Source: Eledone cirrhosa (lineage: Eukaryota). From it: a DNA stretch of 64,000 nt. Positions within the stretch are counted from its first letter, which is position 1, and every line of letters begins with the position of its first letter. The notes below the pieces were generated by a model that ran no database searches, was not told where the DNA came from, and saw only the letters and a program-made list of their open reading frames with translations. Position numbers and translations under genes: made by a program. Below, in pieces: positions 14,776 to 23,873 of the stretch. The DNA lies in assembly GCA_964016885.1 (NCBI GenBank), contig OZ024743.1, positions 333,250,001-333,314,000 of the forward strand. The letters are read 5' to 3'.

Positions 14776-15309
14776 CTATACTTTTGCTACAATTCTGTAT
14801 TTATCTCTGGATAATTTCTCAGAAATACTATAAAGTCCAGGTATTACGAGAAAACAAGGGAGCCTCTTCATGTTTGCTCGAAATGCTAGAAATACCAGCC
14901 AAATCTCCAACCACAATTCACATACCATTTTAAAGAAAGATGGACAAATTGCTTAATATAGTTCTCAATATACTCTTGGGTCTCAAATAATCGTCCTTCC
15001 CCCTTGCTTATTAATTTTTCAGAATTTTTTCAACCTTCCCTGCTTATTAAATTTTGTTAATCTAACTCCGGCAACATTTTTTTTTAAGTGGTAGCATTCC
15101 TGCAACAATTAATTTTCTTTATACATGAAAAAAAAAAAATGCATTAGTAGAAATCTCACACATAAAATAGATAGGATGGGTTGGGGTTTCAATATCTAAA
15201 CTAAACAACTAATACTTAGACATCTCAAGGAATGGATAAAATATCTTGTAGTGCACTTGAGCACTGTACACAATAATTTCCATTATTATTATGTAAATGG
15301 ACGTGTAGG

Positions 15310-15448
15310 CGCCATGGAAAAAAAGCACCCAGCACTCACTGTAAATGAGGTTGGTTTTAGGAAGGGCATCCAGTTGTAGAAATCAAGCCAGAATCAGTTC
15401 CCATCCCACCCTTACAAGCAGGGAAAAGCGGACGTAAAATGATGATTA
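15310..15448 (+). mobile_element. SINE-like fragment with RTE-type 3' tail
   Basis: Contains AGGAAGGGCATCCAGTTGTAGAA, whose reverse complement recurs at 21290-21765. Ends GGAAAAGCGGACGTAAAATGATGAT, like the RTE tails at 22330-22380 (-) and 26125-26176 (+). Confidence 0.55.
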
Positions 15449-15889
15449 TATACAGATATTGCTTCTCTGAATGATATCTTATCTATATATTTTAATCATT
15501 CATTGAGATGCCTAAGTATTAGAGACAAATAATCTTTTAATTAATATTAATAACTCCTTCATTGTAGAGTTGATTTAGATGTTTTTTTTGGCTGCTATTT
15601 ATAACGTTATTACAAGCTCGTCGCATTATCCTGATAAACAAAGATTTGTTCATTTAGTAGTTCAACAAAGCAACGTGTTGGACAGCATGTGGTTATTTCA
15701 ATGATTGGTACATCTTCTGTTTTTGAAACCATGGTAGAGAGATGTTTATATGAGACTTTCTTATTTTAGTCTGTCTGACTTATTCCCTTAAATAGTGTTC
15801 TTTTGGCGTAAGTTTAATATATATATATATGTATGTAGTTGTCTCAAGGCAGAAATGACCATAACAATCCTCAATCATTATAAATAATT

Positions 15890-16092
15890 GGGTGAAGGAT
15901 TGGCAGTATCGGTAGAGCGTCAGACAACATACAGTTACATCCCTTTATGTACTGAGTTCAAATCCCATTGAGGTTAGTTTTGCCTTTCATCCTAAAGGGT
16001 GTTGATAAAATAAAGTACCATTAACACACTGGGGTCAATTTAATCGACTTTCCACCCCCTAAAAATGGTTGGCCTTGTGCCAGAAACCATTA
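15890..16092 (+). mobile_element. tRNA-derived SINE, family A copy
   Basis: A-box-like TGGCAGTATCGG, B-box GAGTTCAAATCC, body TTTGCCTTTCATCC..GATAAAATAAAGTACC..GGCCTTGTGCC. Five other copies occur in the window. Confidence 0.8.
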
Positions 16093-16369
16093 AAAATAAT
16101 AGTTGAGAAAATACCCCTGGTGATTTAAAAAAAAGTGTTATACACATGTTATATACATGTACACAGTATTCTCAGAGATATATCTATGGCAAACACTTAC
16201 ATAACTGCTTTAATGTATTTCCTGTCTTATAAAAATACATAAGCCACCCTTGCCTATAAAAATACAGCTGCTTAAGATTACAACAGACTAACTACAAATA
16301 GAATTCTGCTAACTTTAAATATTACCTAACCACATGTTCTATTTTTGGAGAAATTTTCTTCTTAAACCT

Positions 16370-16525
16370 TTCATAACCACATTTCTAATGAAATACATTC
16401 TATTTTAATTAATTAATGAAGAATTTTGAGGGATTTGCTAAAATTATTAAATATTTCATTACTAAGATAGTAACTTAATGTAAGGTTCTTATATAAAATT
16501 ATGTTGGAAGATTTTAATTTAAATT
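16370..16525. repeat. AT-rich dispersed repeat
   Basis: TTTCTAATGAAATACA..AATTAATGAAGAA(T/C)TTTGAGGGATTT..TTTCATTAC..AATTATGTTG.AAGATTTTAATTT recurs at 19445-19620, with partial copies at 16590-16690 and 19632-19700. Confidence 0.6.
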
Positions 16526-16855
16526 GGAAACCTTTAAAATGGGTGGTTTTATTTCAAAGAACCAGAACCAGTTTTGGCTGTTTTTTTTTTAACCATATTT
16601 CTAATGAAAGTCTGTCTAAATTTCAAATAATTTAGAAAATTAGTAAGAAATTGGAAAGTTTTAATAATATAAATAACTTTCTCATTATTAAGTAGGTGTA
16701 TCTTATTACCCACCCTGTACAGTGCCATGCTTAACCACCCTCACAGCACTTAATATTGCCAAAACCCATTAATTTATTACAATGTAGCAATAAATTGTGA
16801 ATTAACACTACAGATGCAAGCAACATATTTGTAGTACCAATGTCAGCAGTTATTT

Positions 16856-17306
16856 ATATCATCATAATTTAACATCCCTTTTCCCTACTAGCAAGGGTTA
16901 GATGGGTCACCACAGACCAAGCCAACATTTTATTAAAGTTACTGACCTTTTCTCGCACTCTGCACAGTACACCTATATATATGGAGAATAGAAGCATGGA
17001 TGTGCAGTGCTAATGTGCATGAATGGCAAAGGCTGGATGAACTACGTGTAGAGAGTACAGTGCACTGTGAGTGCACAGAATACAGTTAGTGTATAGAGTG
17101 TGGAGGACAATGTATAGAGTATAGTGGATGTATAGAGTACGAATCTATGGTATGTTTAAATTTGAATTCAATATTCCCAAGTTAATTTATAAATGTAATA
17201 TTTGGTTGCTGACCATTATCATCATAATAATTTAACATCCCTTTTCCCTGCTAACAAGGGTTGGATGGGTCACCACAGACCAAACCAACATGTTATTAAA
17301 GTTACT
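16856..17306 (-). repeat. Two ~90-bp direct copies of an RTE-type 3' tail (16856-16945 and 17216-17306)
   Basis: TAATTTAACATCCCTTTTCCCT.CTA.CAAGGGTT.GATGGGTCACCACAGACCAA.CCAACAT.TTATTAAAGTTACTG occurs twice. Its reverse complement resembles the tail at 26125-26176. Confidence 0.65.
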
Positions 17307-17360
17307 GCACTATGCAGTGTACACCTGGTGTATATTATCTTGGCACCATCACTAGAGAAA

Positions 17361-17640
17361 GTGGAGGCATGTGGCCTAGTGGCAAGTGTGTTGGACTTGC
17401 GATTATAATGTTATTGGTTCGATTCCTGGACTGGGTTGTATGTTGTGTTCTTGAGCAAAACACTTCATTTCATGTTGCTCCAGTATACTCAGTTGAAAAT
17501 GAGTACCAGCAATAGCTGGGTGTTTAACCCTGTCATGACCAGGTGGTACTATTATACACTCAGTCGCTTCACACCATGGAAACTGGGATAAGCACTGGCC
17601 TGATGAGCTTCCTGTCTCGAGAAAGACTTTAGACTTTTTT
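17361..17640 (+). mobile_element. tRNA-derived SINE, family B (CORE-like central domain)
   Basis: A box TGGCCTAGTGG, B box GGTTCGATTCC, CORE-like TGTGTTCTTGAGCAAAACACTT, then AAATGAGTACC. A reverse copy lies at 23028-23328. ATCACTAGA on both flanks may be a target-site duplication. Confidence 0.8.
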
Positions 17641-17961
17641 AGATCACTAGAAAGGTTGTCATGTTTTTGACACCTAAAAGAGTTTCCTGACCCATGGGCA
17701 GGTTTTCTACAGCTCAATACCCTTTCTATTCCCAATCACCTTACAGTGTACTGAGGAGGGGGCGGGGGGGATTTATTGTGCAGATCACCAACACTAGAGA
17801 GGTTTTCTTGTTCATGACACAAAATTTTATCTTACAAGTAAATTTATGAGAAAAACAATCAACTCTTAAAAATGAAAAACCAAAAACAGACAAGAAATAA
17901 GTAAATATAAAGCATTTAATAGACAAAATTCTTAAAAATTCATAAAGAATAGATTTCAATT

Positions 17962-17967
17962 TTTATT
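17962..17967 (-). terminator. Putative polyadenylation signal (AATAAA) of SELENOM
   Basis: AATAAA on the minus strand ~80 nt downstream of the SECIS, followed by a U/GU-rich tract at ~17870-17910. Confidence 0.55.
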
Positions 17968-18049
17968 AAATTTTTCTTCTTTTTCGTTCCAATTGAATAT
18001 TGTTTATGTTTTATATATTCTAAAGTAGACTGTAATGCATGACAGCTAA

Positions 18050-18115
18050 ACAACTGTAAGAGGTCAGTCCCAAATCAAGAGTTTAAATTTGAAACGTCAT
18101 ATGAGTTACAGCTGT
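18050..18115 (-). promoter_or_regulatory. Eukaryotic SECIS element (form 1) in SELENOM 3' UTR
   Basis: Minus strand reads ACAGCUGUAA-CUCAU-AUGAC-GUUUCAAAUU-UAAACUCUU-GAUUUGGGAC-UGAC-CUC-UUACAGUUGU. This gives a 10-bp helix I, an AUGA/UGA non-Watson-Crick core (18097-18100 and 18064-18066), a fully paired 10-bp helix II (with G:U pairs) and AAA in the apical loop. Confidence 0.92.
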
Positions 18116-18779
18116 TATGCACAACAAACAGTTTAGAAATAGAAATGTTTCATATACTTTTCACACTTCCACCTACTCATGCACGACAGGTATCTATTAA
18201 TTCTTTCACACTTTCATCCAGCCATGCACGACAGTCACACTTTAGAAATGTATCTATAACTTTCACACATCTACACATGACCAGAGCAGAAATGACAGAA
18301 TTATACCATATTATACAGAAAATAACAACAAAACTGATTACAAAGATTAATAATTTGATTATAGATTATTGATAAGAGGAATGGAGGTGAAAATATCTGA
18401 AGTTATTTGAAAATTTAGCAAACTAAACCTAGTAGATGATATCTTGGTGGTTATTGGAACACTACTCACTATTGGTTTCTGATTGAGGCGCAAAGGAAAG
18501 TCATTTAAATTGATCCTGGTGCATATCAGATGTTGAAACTTTGTGAGACTAAATTAAATTTATTATATATATGAGAGAGAGAGGGGCCTATATACCACTA
18601 ACAAGACCTCATACTCTCAGTAAGATCATTCAGCCCATATTTTGTATAGCCTTTTTATAATTAATATTTCATTTCTTATGTTTTTCATAGATAATTATAA
18701 TTATTTTCCCTCCTAAATATACTAGGTAGAAAGCAGTTCTAAAGATCCCTGTAAAATACAACACCTAACTGTGTTAGCT

Positions 18780-19042
18780 TTGTTTCGTATCTATGGACAT
18801 GTAGTTAAAATGTCCCAGAAAAGAATCGCTGGACAAATTTTATGGACAAAACCAACTAGCAAGAGACCCAGGGTAAATCCTGAACAAGATGGTTAGATAA
18901 AATCCATGAGCTTGGCTCGTCTCATTTGGGGATCTAGCTGGAGAAGTTGGAGACAGTTGTTTCTGACAGGACCCGCTGGAAGGAGTGTTTGAGGTCTCTT
19001 CCCCCACAACCCTCTCAGGAATAAGTGGGCGAAGAAGAAGAT
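18780..19042 (+). mobile_element. RTE-clade (Rex3/Expander-like) LINE 3' fragment, degenerate, antisense within SELENOM 3' UTR
   Basis: Translates, with a frameshift and stops, to FRIYGHVVKMSQKRIAGQILWTKPTSKRPR / *TRWLDKIHELGSSHLGI*LEKLETVVSDRTRWKECLRSLPPQPSQE*, followed by a (GAA)n tail. This matches the RTE C-terminal pattern GHV..RPR..RW..LPP.P. Confidence 0.75.
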
Positions 19043-19262
19043 ACGTGTGTGTCAATTTAAAGTAGTAAAACGTTTGTAAATATGGTAGGTTTACAACAAT
19101 AGTTGGAGAGAAACCATTTCTGAAAAAACAAAACAAATAACAACATACACACATACATACGTACACAATTACATCCAAACTATTATGATAGCAACATACA
19201 CCCATACATTCAAACTCTATTATAAATGATCACCACATATACACCCATACATTCAAACTCTA

Positions 19263-19364
19263 TTATAAATCAGCATTTCCAGCTTTACTATTTTTTTTGG
19301 TGAATCCATTTGATGTCAACAGCTTATTGCAGTCATCCTGGGTTAAATCACTGAGATTGATTGT
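19263..19364 (-). CDS. SELENOM: Selenoprotein M, last coding exon (TINLSDLTQDDCNKLLTSNGFTKKNSKAGNADL*)
   Basis: Acceptor TTTCTTTTGCAG, phase 0, TAA at 19263-19265. Resembles the SelM segment RIPLSEMTREEINALVQELGF and ends in a KDEL-like NADL (human HADL). Confidence 0.9.
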   Translation of the reverse strand, partial: TINLSDLTQDDCNKLLTSNGFTKKNSKAGNADL

Positions 19365-19838
19365 CTGCAAAAGAAATATTCAGTAAGAAAACATAAAACT
19401 CGAGATTAAATTTTAAATATTCAAGAAAGATTTATAACTCGTTAACCCATGTTTCTAATGAAATACACTTTATTTCAATCAATTAATGAAGAACTTTGAG
19501 GGATTTACAAAAATGATTTATCATTTCATTACCAGGATAGTAAGTAATTATTAATTATTTCATTACTAATAACATATGGGTCTAATACAGAATTATGTTG
19601 AAAGATTTTAATTTATATAGGATATCTGTAGTTCAATTAATTAATGGAGAATCTTGAGGGATTTACTACAATTATTAATTATTTCATTACTAAGATAGTA
19701 ACCACTTCAGTAGTAGTACGGATTTTTTAAAATTCCATATACCTTTTTATTCACAGTTGTATAAATAACAAATTGTTCACAATTCTTTCAGAATGAAAAT
19801 ATAAACACAAACAAACACATATAATAATAATACAATTA

Positions 19839-21091
19839 CCGTATATACTCGCGTATAGGTCGCACTTTTTTTAACGATAAATAAGTATAAATTTTTGGGG
19901 TGCGAGCTATCCGATCGACATCAGACTGACCACTGATTTTTCAGACTTAATCAACGATGGGTATTTATAAAAATAACTTTGTTAATATTTTTTATTATTT
20001 AACATAATTTCATATATCTACCTTCTTATACATATATTTCTTGATTTTAAATTTTTTTACTAAAACTTCGTAGTGTTTACTTGTTTTCTATCTGACCGAA
20101 CCATCCGTCATTAAAATCAATAGAAATGCATACATAGTATTTAAAATGTAATTTCATTGTCTTAGCGTTGCGATGAACACGTATTGTGACATATTTACTT
20201 TAACAAGAAACAGATTATTGCACGTGGCTTTTCTTTTCCAAATTAGCAAGTGAGAAATAATTAGTACAAAAATTAGTAAGTGAGATATGTTAAAACGTCA
20301 TACTTTGAATCTAGAAGTACGTCTGATCGGTACAAGGTTTTAGTCTTTCTCGACATCCCAGGCAAATATTTTCATTGAAAAAAATGTATAAAACCTTTTC
20401 ACCAGTCAAAATAATATTTACAATGTACTCTTACACAATGTACGGTGTAAATTTACGTAACAGAATGTTCCCAATATATAAGTTCATTAACAGGTGTGAA
20501 CATGTATTGGTGTTGTATCTTTCAACCCAACCACGTTGCTGTAATATTTTCAATGGTGTCCGTCAGATCTTCGCTTTCACTTTCAAAGTAACTATCATCG
20601 TCAGAAATAAATACGTCTGATTCATTTGAAGATAAATCACTAATATTATCTTGTGTTTCTTTTTCATTTCGAATGTTGTCGCATGTAAAACCTTCAAAGT
20701 CGGTATTCGCTACTTTGGGAAGCCATGTTGATACGCAAAAAATCTGTTATACTTTCAACGTTATTTTTAACGTTGAAAGTATAACAGATTTTTTTGGTAT
20801 CAACATGGCTTCCCAAAGTAGCGTGTTATTTCAAGTTGTTTCACTATATTAAGAGTTAATTTTCGCGCTTAAAGGCTTTATCTCGCAGTAATCTCGAATT
20901 GACGAAATTTCGATGACGTTAATGTTTATTTTATAAATAAAACATGGTTTGGAGTATATATCGCAATGGTGAAGTAATGGATTATTAGTTTCAATTATCA
21001 TAAAAAATAGTAGTTTGACGGCCCAAATTTCAGTGCGATCTATCTGCGAGTCAATGGCAACTAGCCTATTTGCCGGGGCGAGTATATACGG
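19839..21091. mobile_element. Non-autonomous Tc1/mariner (Tc2/pogo-like) DNA transposon in SELENOM last intron
   Basis: Perfect 14-bp terminal inverted repeats CCGTATATACTCGC (19839) and GCGAGTATATACGG (21078-21091). TA target duplications at 19837-19838 and 21092-21093. Subterminal GTGCGA.CTATC motifs. No intact transposase. Confidence 0.85.
20708..20823. repeat. Near-perfect palindrome, 56-bp arms with 4-nt loop
   Basis: 20708-20763 is the reverse complement of 20768-20823 with 2 mismatches. The loop is TTTT. Confidence 0.95.
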
Positions 21092-21289
21092 TAACTATTT
21101 CTAGGAACCTTACAGATACACCACACCAAAATATACGATCAAAGCGAAAGAAACAAAAAAACAAAAACAACCATCAATTAACCACAAGGATCATCGGGAA
21201 TTTTTTAGTCAAGCCAACACGCTTGTGTATTCTATCATGGGACCAGCAATAGGTACGGTGTCGTGTCTTTTACACAGTTGGAGATCTCC

Positions 21290-21765
21290 CAAACCATTGT
21301 TTGGCATGGGTTCTACAGCTATCAATAATTACTAGAGAAGTTGTCATGGCTTTAAGTTGAGTCCTCTTGAGCCTTTTCTTTTGGCAAGGGTTCTACAGCT
21401 GGATGCCCTTCCTATCACCAACCTCTTTACAAGGTATACTGCATGTGTCTTATTATATTGCCACCACTAAAGAATCCTTTTGACCCTTTTTTGGCATGGG
21501 TTCTACGGCTAGATGCCCTTATTATTAACCACTTTACAAGGTGTACTGTGTGTGTTGTATCATGTTTCCAAAACTAGAGGTTGTCATGACCATCTTTGAC
21601 CCTTTTTTGGCATGGGTCTTACAACTGGATGCTCCTCATATCAACAAGTACTTTACAGAGTGTACTGTCTATGCCTTATCCCGTTATTACCACTAGAGAG
21701 GTTGTCATGCCCTTGACACAACAGAAGAATCCTCTTGGCCCTTTTTTGGCTTGGTTTCTACAGCT
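21290..21765 (-). repeat. Degenerate tandem copies (~4-5 units of roughly 85-145 bp) of a SINE-like domain
   Basis: Repeated TTTTGGCATGGGTTCTACAGCTGGATGCCCTT..TTTACAAGGTGTACTG..CACTAGAG..GTTGTCATG. It is the reverse complement of the 15330-15385 motif, with a similar stretch at 17643-17820. Confidence 0.65.
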
Positions 21766-22095
21766 TGGCAGAGTTGTTAGAACGTCAGATAAAATGCTTT
21801 GTAGTATTCATTCTGACTCTCTACTCTCTGAGTTCAAATCCTGCTGAGGTCAACTTTGCCTTTCATCCATTCAAAGTAAAAAAAAGTACTAGTCTAGTAC
21901 TGGGGTCAATTTTTCCTCTATATCTCTTTCTCACTTCCTTTCTGTCACTCTATCCTTCTCTGGAAGAAATCTACTGTATTCAGACCTGGAGAGGAGATGG
22001 GCTCCCCCAGATTTTAAAAATGCCCTAGAAATGCTGTATGTCAATATGGTGCTCCTATGACTCCCTTGGGAGTTATGGTTCCATACCATACTATA
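21766..22095 (+). mobile_element. Family A SINE with extended ~180-bp 3' segment
   Basis: CTGAGTTCAAATCC..GAGGTCAACTTTGCCTTTCATCC..AAGTACTAGTCTAG followed by TTTTCCTCTATATCTC..CCTTCTCTGGAAGAAAT..CCATACCATA. The same composite occurs at 24664-24986. Confidence 0.75.
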
Positions 22096-22181
22096 CCTAC
22101 AGCTTGATGCCCTTTACTGGGTGTATTTGGGTGCAAAATTCAAAACCAAAAGAAGAAGTAATTAATTAAACTCAGTCTTAC

Positions 22182-22260
22182 CTTTATTGTACTATCATTC
22201 TCATCAACTAGAAAGAGGTGTGGTTCTGCACCAGGAACAGCCTTGAAAACAACACCATCA
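22182..22260 (-). CDS. SELENOM: Selenoprotein M, internal 79-nt exon ((Y)DGVVFKAVPGAEPHLFLVDENDSTIK)
   Basis: CAG acceptor at 22261-22263 and donor AAG|GTAAGA. Phase 2 in, phase 0 out, fitting both neighbouring exons. Matches the SelM/Sep15-family motif K.LPGADPEL.L. Confidence 0.93.
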
Positions 22261-22327
22261 CTGATAACGGTTAAAGAAAACAACTTTTATTCCTCTGAGA
22301 AGAAAATAACATTTCTCACTAAGTGAC

Positions 22328-22690
22328 ATATTATCATCATCATCATTTTTACATCTGTTTTTCCACACTTAGATGGGTTGGACGGGTCCTTCTCAGCACA
22401 GCTTCTCTCCATTTGCTGAGTTTCTCCATCATCTCTTCTGTGAGTTTCAGTGATTTGAGGTCAGCTCTTACCACATCTGCCCAGGTCTTTCTTGGTCTAC
22501 CTCTACTGCAGCTCCCATCCACTGGCATTTCTTTCCACTTCTTCACCCATCAATCATCATCCATGTGCATCACATGTCCATACCAACACCATCTTCTCTC
22601 CTGCACACCACCTCAGGTTCTCCCTCAGTTCATCCAAGCTCTGCCTTTCTCTCACATTTACATTACACATCCAACAAAGTATGGCAGCTT
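22328..22690 (-). mobile_element. RTE-clade LINE 3' fragment (degenerate)
   Basis: Translates to VQERRWCWYGHVMHMDDD*WVKKWKEMPVDGSCSRGRPRKTWADVVRADLKSLKLTEEMMEKLSKWR, with the RTE motifs W.GHV and GRPRKTW. Ends in a (GAT)n tail. Confidence 0.85.
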
Positions 22691-23027
22691 TATTTCAATA
22701 CAGTCTATGCATTAACTTAGAATATTGATCTTTCCCAAACCTGATGAGTCTCCAGTTTGGCAAACCTTGAAACACCAAACTGGCCAAAACATTGTTAATG
22801 TGATGACTCAATGCTGCTGTGTGTAGGCCAGATTTGAAGCCATAAAGTAAAGTCATGAATAAACAATTTGGACAGATTCATGTTGATTCCCCGTTGATGG
22901 TGTAACAGAAAATGAGAAATACACACGGCATCTTACAACACAGTGACATAGTGTACCTATTCTAAAAAGCAGCATACACACATCTTACAACATATGAGAT
23001 CAAGAGAAACATTAATGAACAAATCAT

Positions 23028-23328
23028 AGTCTAAGTCTCTCTCAGTCAAAAGGCTGTCTCAAGCAAGGTTTGTAAGGTTAGTGCTTATCTATTTTGTGGC
23101 GAGAAGCAACTGAGAGTACAAGACTTCCCCCTGGACAGGACGCTAGTCCATTGCATGGTTAACCCCCCCACAGCTATTACTGGTACTCATTTTCAGCTGA
23201 GTATACTGGAACAACGTGAAATGAAGTGTTTTGCTCTAGAATGCAACACACAACCCAGCCCAGGAATCGAACTGACGGCATTATGATCGTAAGTCCAACA
23301 CCCTTACCACTAGGCCATGTGGCTCCAC
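23028..23328 (-). mobile_element. tRNA-derived SINE, family B copy
   Basis: Reverse-complement homolog of 17361-17640 (TGGCCTAGTGG, GTTCGATTCCTGG, GAGCAAAACACTTCATTTCA, AAAATGAGTACCAG). Confidence 0.8.
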
Positions 23329-23420
23329 AACAAATGATAGTAATATTGTAATATCTATTTTAGAGGAGAATAATTATGATAGACAAAATTAGAAAGAATG
23401 AGAGTATGTTAAAAGGATAC

Positions 23421-23491
23421 TATTGTGGAAGGTCATCATATATGAAGCGTTTGATTTCAGGTAGTTTGTTCAACTGTCATCCAGTGCAACT
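23421..23491 (-). CDS. SELENOM: Selenoprotein M, Sec-encoding 71-nt exon (SCTGUQLNKLPEIKRFIYDDLPQ(Y)); UGA=Sec at 23477-23479
   Basis: Acceptor TTTTCATTTCAG, then AGT TGC ACT GGA TGA CAG TTG AAC AAA CTA CCT GAA ATC AAA CGC TTC. Aligns with human SelM [24 protein letters not shown], with similarity continuing past the UGA. Confidence 0.94.
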
Positions 23492-23719
23492 CTGAAATGA
23501 AATAACATAAGAAAATAGTAAATATTTCAAAAATATTTCACTGATTCAAAATTTTACAATCAGTTGTATATATTTACATATAGAGAAATAAAAATAAAGG
23601 GGAGGGGGCAAGGGTATGGAAAGGAGTTTGAGTTTTGATTTCCTCAAATTACTTTGTATTATAATAGTCAATTGCATCCAGGATGTGGTAATGCTATAAA
23701 AAAGTTTGACCCTTTGATG

Positions 23720-23810
23720 ACTACAGCAGCCATTACTGCTACTGTTAGTGCTGCTGCTACTACTGCTACTACTATTACTGCCACCACCACCACCACCATC
23801 ACCACCATCA
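23720..23810. repeat. Compound trinucleotide microsatellite (CTG/CTA/CAC)
   Basis: GCTGCTGCTACTACTGCTACTACT..CCACCACCACCACCACCATCACCACC. Confidence 0.8.
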
Positions 23811-23873
23811 AAAAGAAGACTGATTAAAGTTTATGAGATTTCAAGTGTCTTCACATAAAATGTATTGAAATCA

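Larger units (their letters stand above)
22261..23420 (-). other. U12-type (minor spliceosome) GT-AG intron, 1160 nt
   Basis: The 5' splice site GTATCCTTTT matches the U12 consensus RTATCCTT. Branch site TTTCTTTAAC (consensus TTCCTTAAC) has its A's 11-12 nt from the 3' end. There is no polypyrimidine tract between branch site and CAG. Confidence 0.85.

Noticed and set aside
14381-14833. Four overlapping ORFs, including an Asp-rich one
   Set aside because: They are by-products of the satellite end and the (GAT)n low-complexity repeat.
17361-17430. tRNA gene
   Set aside because: A and B boxes are present, but there is no cloverleaf or T-run terminator, and the sequence continues into a SINE body that has a second copy.
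18455-18510. Second SECIS (minus-strand AUGA at 18501-18504)
   Set aside because: Helix II does not pair, and there is no properly placed AA or GA.
23458-23476. Sec redefinition element (stem-loop after the UGA)
   Set aside because: Only a 4-bp AGUU/AACU stem is possible, which is too weak to call.
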